From NCBI RefSeq assembly GCF_006345805.1, contig NC_043007.1, forward strand, positions 49,166,001-49,230,000: a DNA stretch of 64,000 bases, written 5' to 3'. Source of the stretch: Octopus sinensis (taxonomy: Eukaryota). A program made the position numbers and the translations under genes. Below the pieces are notes generated by a model, which was given only the letters and a program-made list of their open reading frames with translations, was not told the origin of the DNA and did not search any database. Below, in pieces: positions 63,643 through 64,000 of the stretch (positions within the stretch are counted from its first letter, which is position 1; every line of letters begins with the position of its first letter).

Positions 63643-63880
63643 TACATACATTCATGTATATGTGTGCATAAATTTATATTTGTGTCTGTGTTTGTCCCCC
63701 CACCATCACTTGACCACTTGTGTCGGTCTGTTTACGTCCCCGTAACTTACCAGTTCGGCAAAAGAGACCGATAGAATTAGTACAAGGCTTACAAAAACTA
63801 TGTTCTGGGGGCGATTTGTTCGAGTAAAGGCCGTGCTCCAGCATGGTTGCAGTCAAATGACTGAAACAAATAAAAAGATG
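63440..63880 (+). mobile_element. Full-length tRNA-SINE, same family, opposite orientation
   Basis: GTGGCTGTGTGGTAA..GGGTTCAGTCCC..GGCAAGTGTCTTCTACTATAGCC..GACTGAAACAAATAAAAG. Confidence 0.85.
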
Positions 63881-64000
63881 GAAGAATATATATTTATGTA
63901 TAATTAATTCCTTTTCTTCGTCAAAATTTGATATAGTGGAACTCTACTAAAATGTTAGCGAAGCGTGTGAATTTGAAATGATGGAAAAAATGGTATAAAT

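Overview
AT-rich, microsatellite- and repeat-dense animal genomic DNA. The tRNA-derived SINEs, Dong/R4 LINEs and (TA)n/(TAA)n tracts suggest a coleoid cephalopod such as Octopus; this is inference from memory of repeat families, not a search. Host genes are one intact single-coding-exon UDP-glycosyltransferase (12293-13810), flanked by a UGT 3' remnant and two UGT pseudogenes from a local tandem duplication, and a probable first coding exon of an SLC22-type transporter (46941-47082). The rest is mostly mobile DNA: Tx1/L1 LINEs, many R4/Dong restriction-like-endonuclease LINEs (one nearly intact), a Neptune-type Penelope element, an integrase-less Gypsy LTR element, a decayed autonomous Helitron with non-autonomous derivatives, TIR elements and SINEs. 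The most notable signal is a set of at least five unrelated minimal type I hammerhead-ribozyme motifs read by eye (113-173, 11228-11302, 19432/23645, 36794-36854, 52982-53113). Two sit in non-coding retrozyme-like elements whose terminal direct or inverted duplications start within 3-4 nt of the predicted self-cleavage site. Coordinates of degenerate repeats are approximate, and no alignments or folding were computed.
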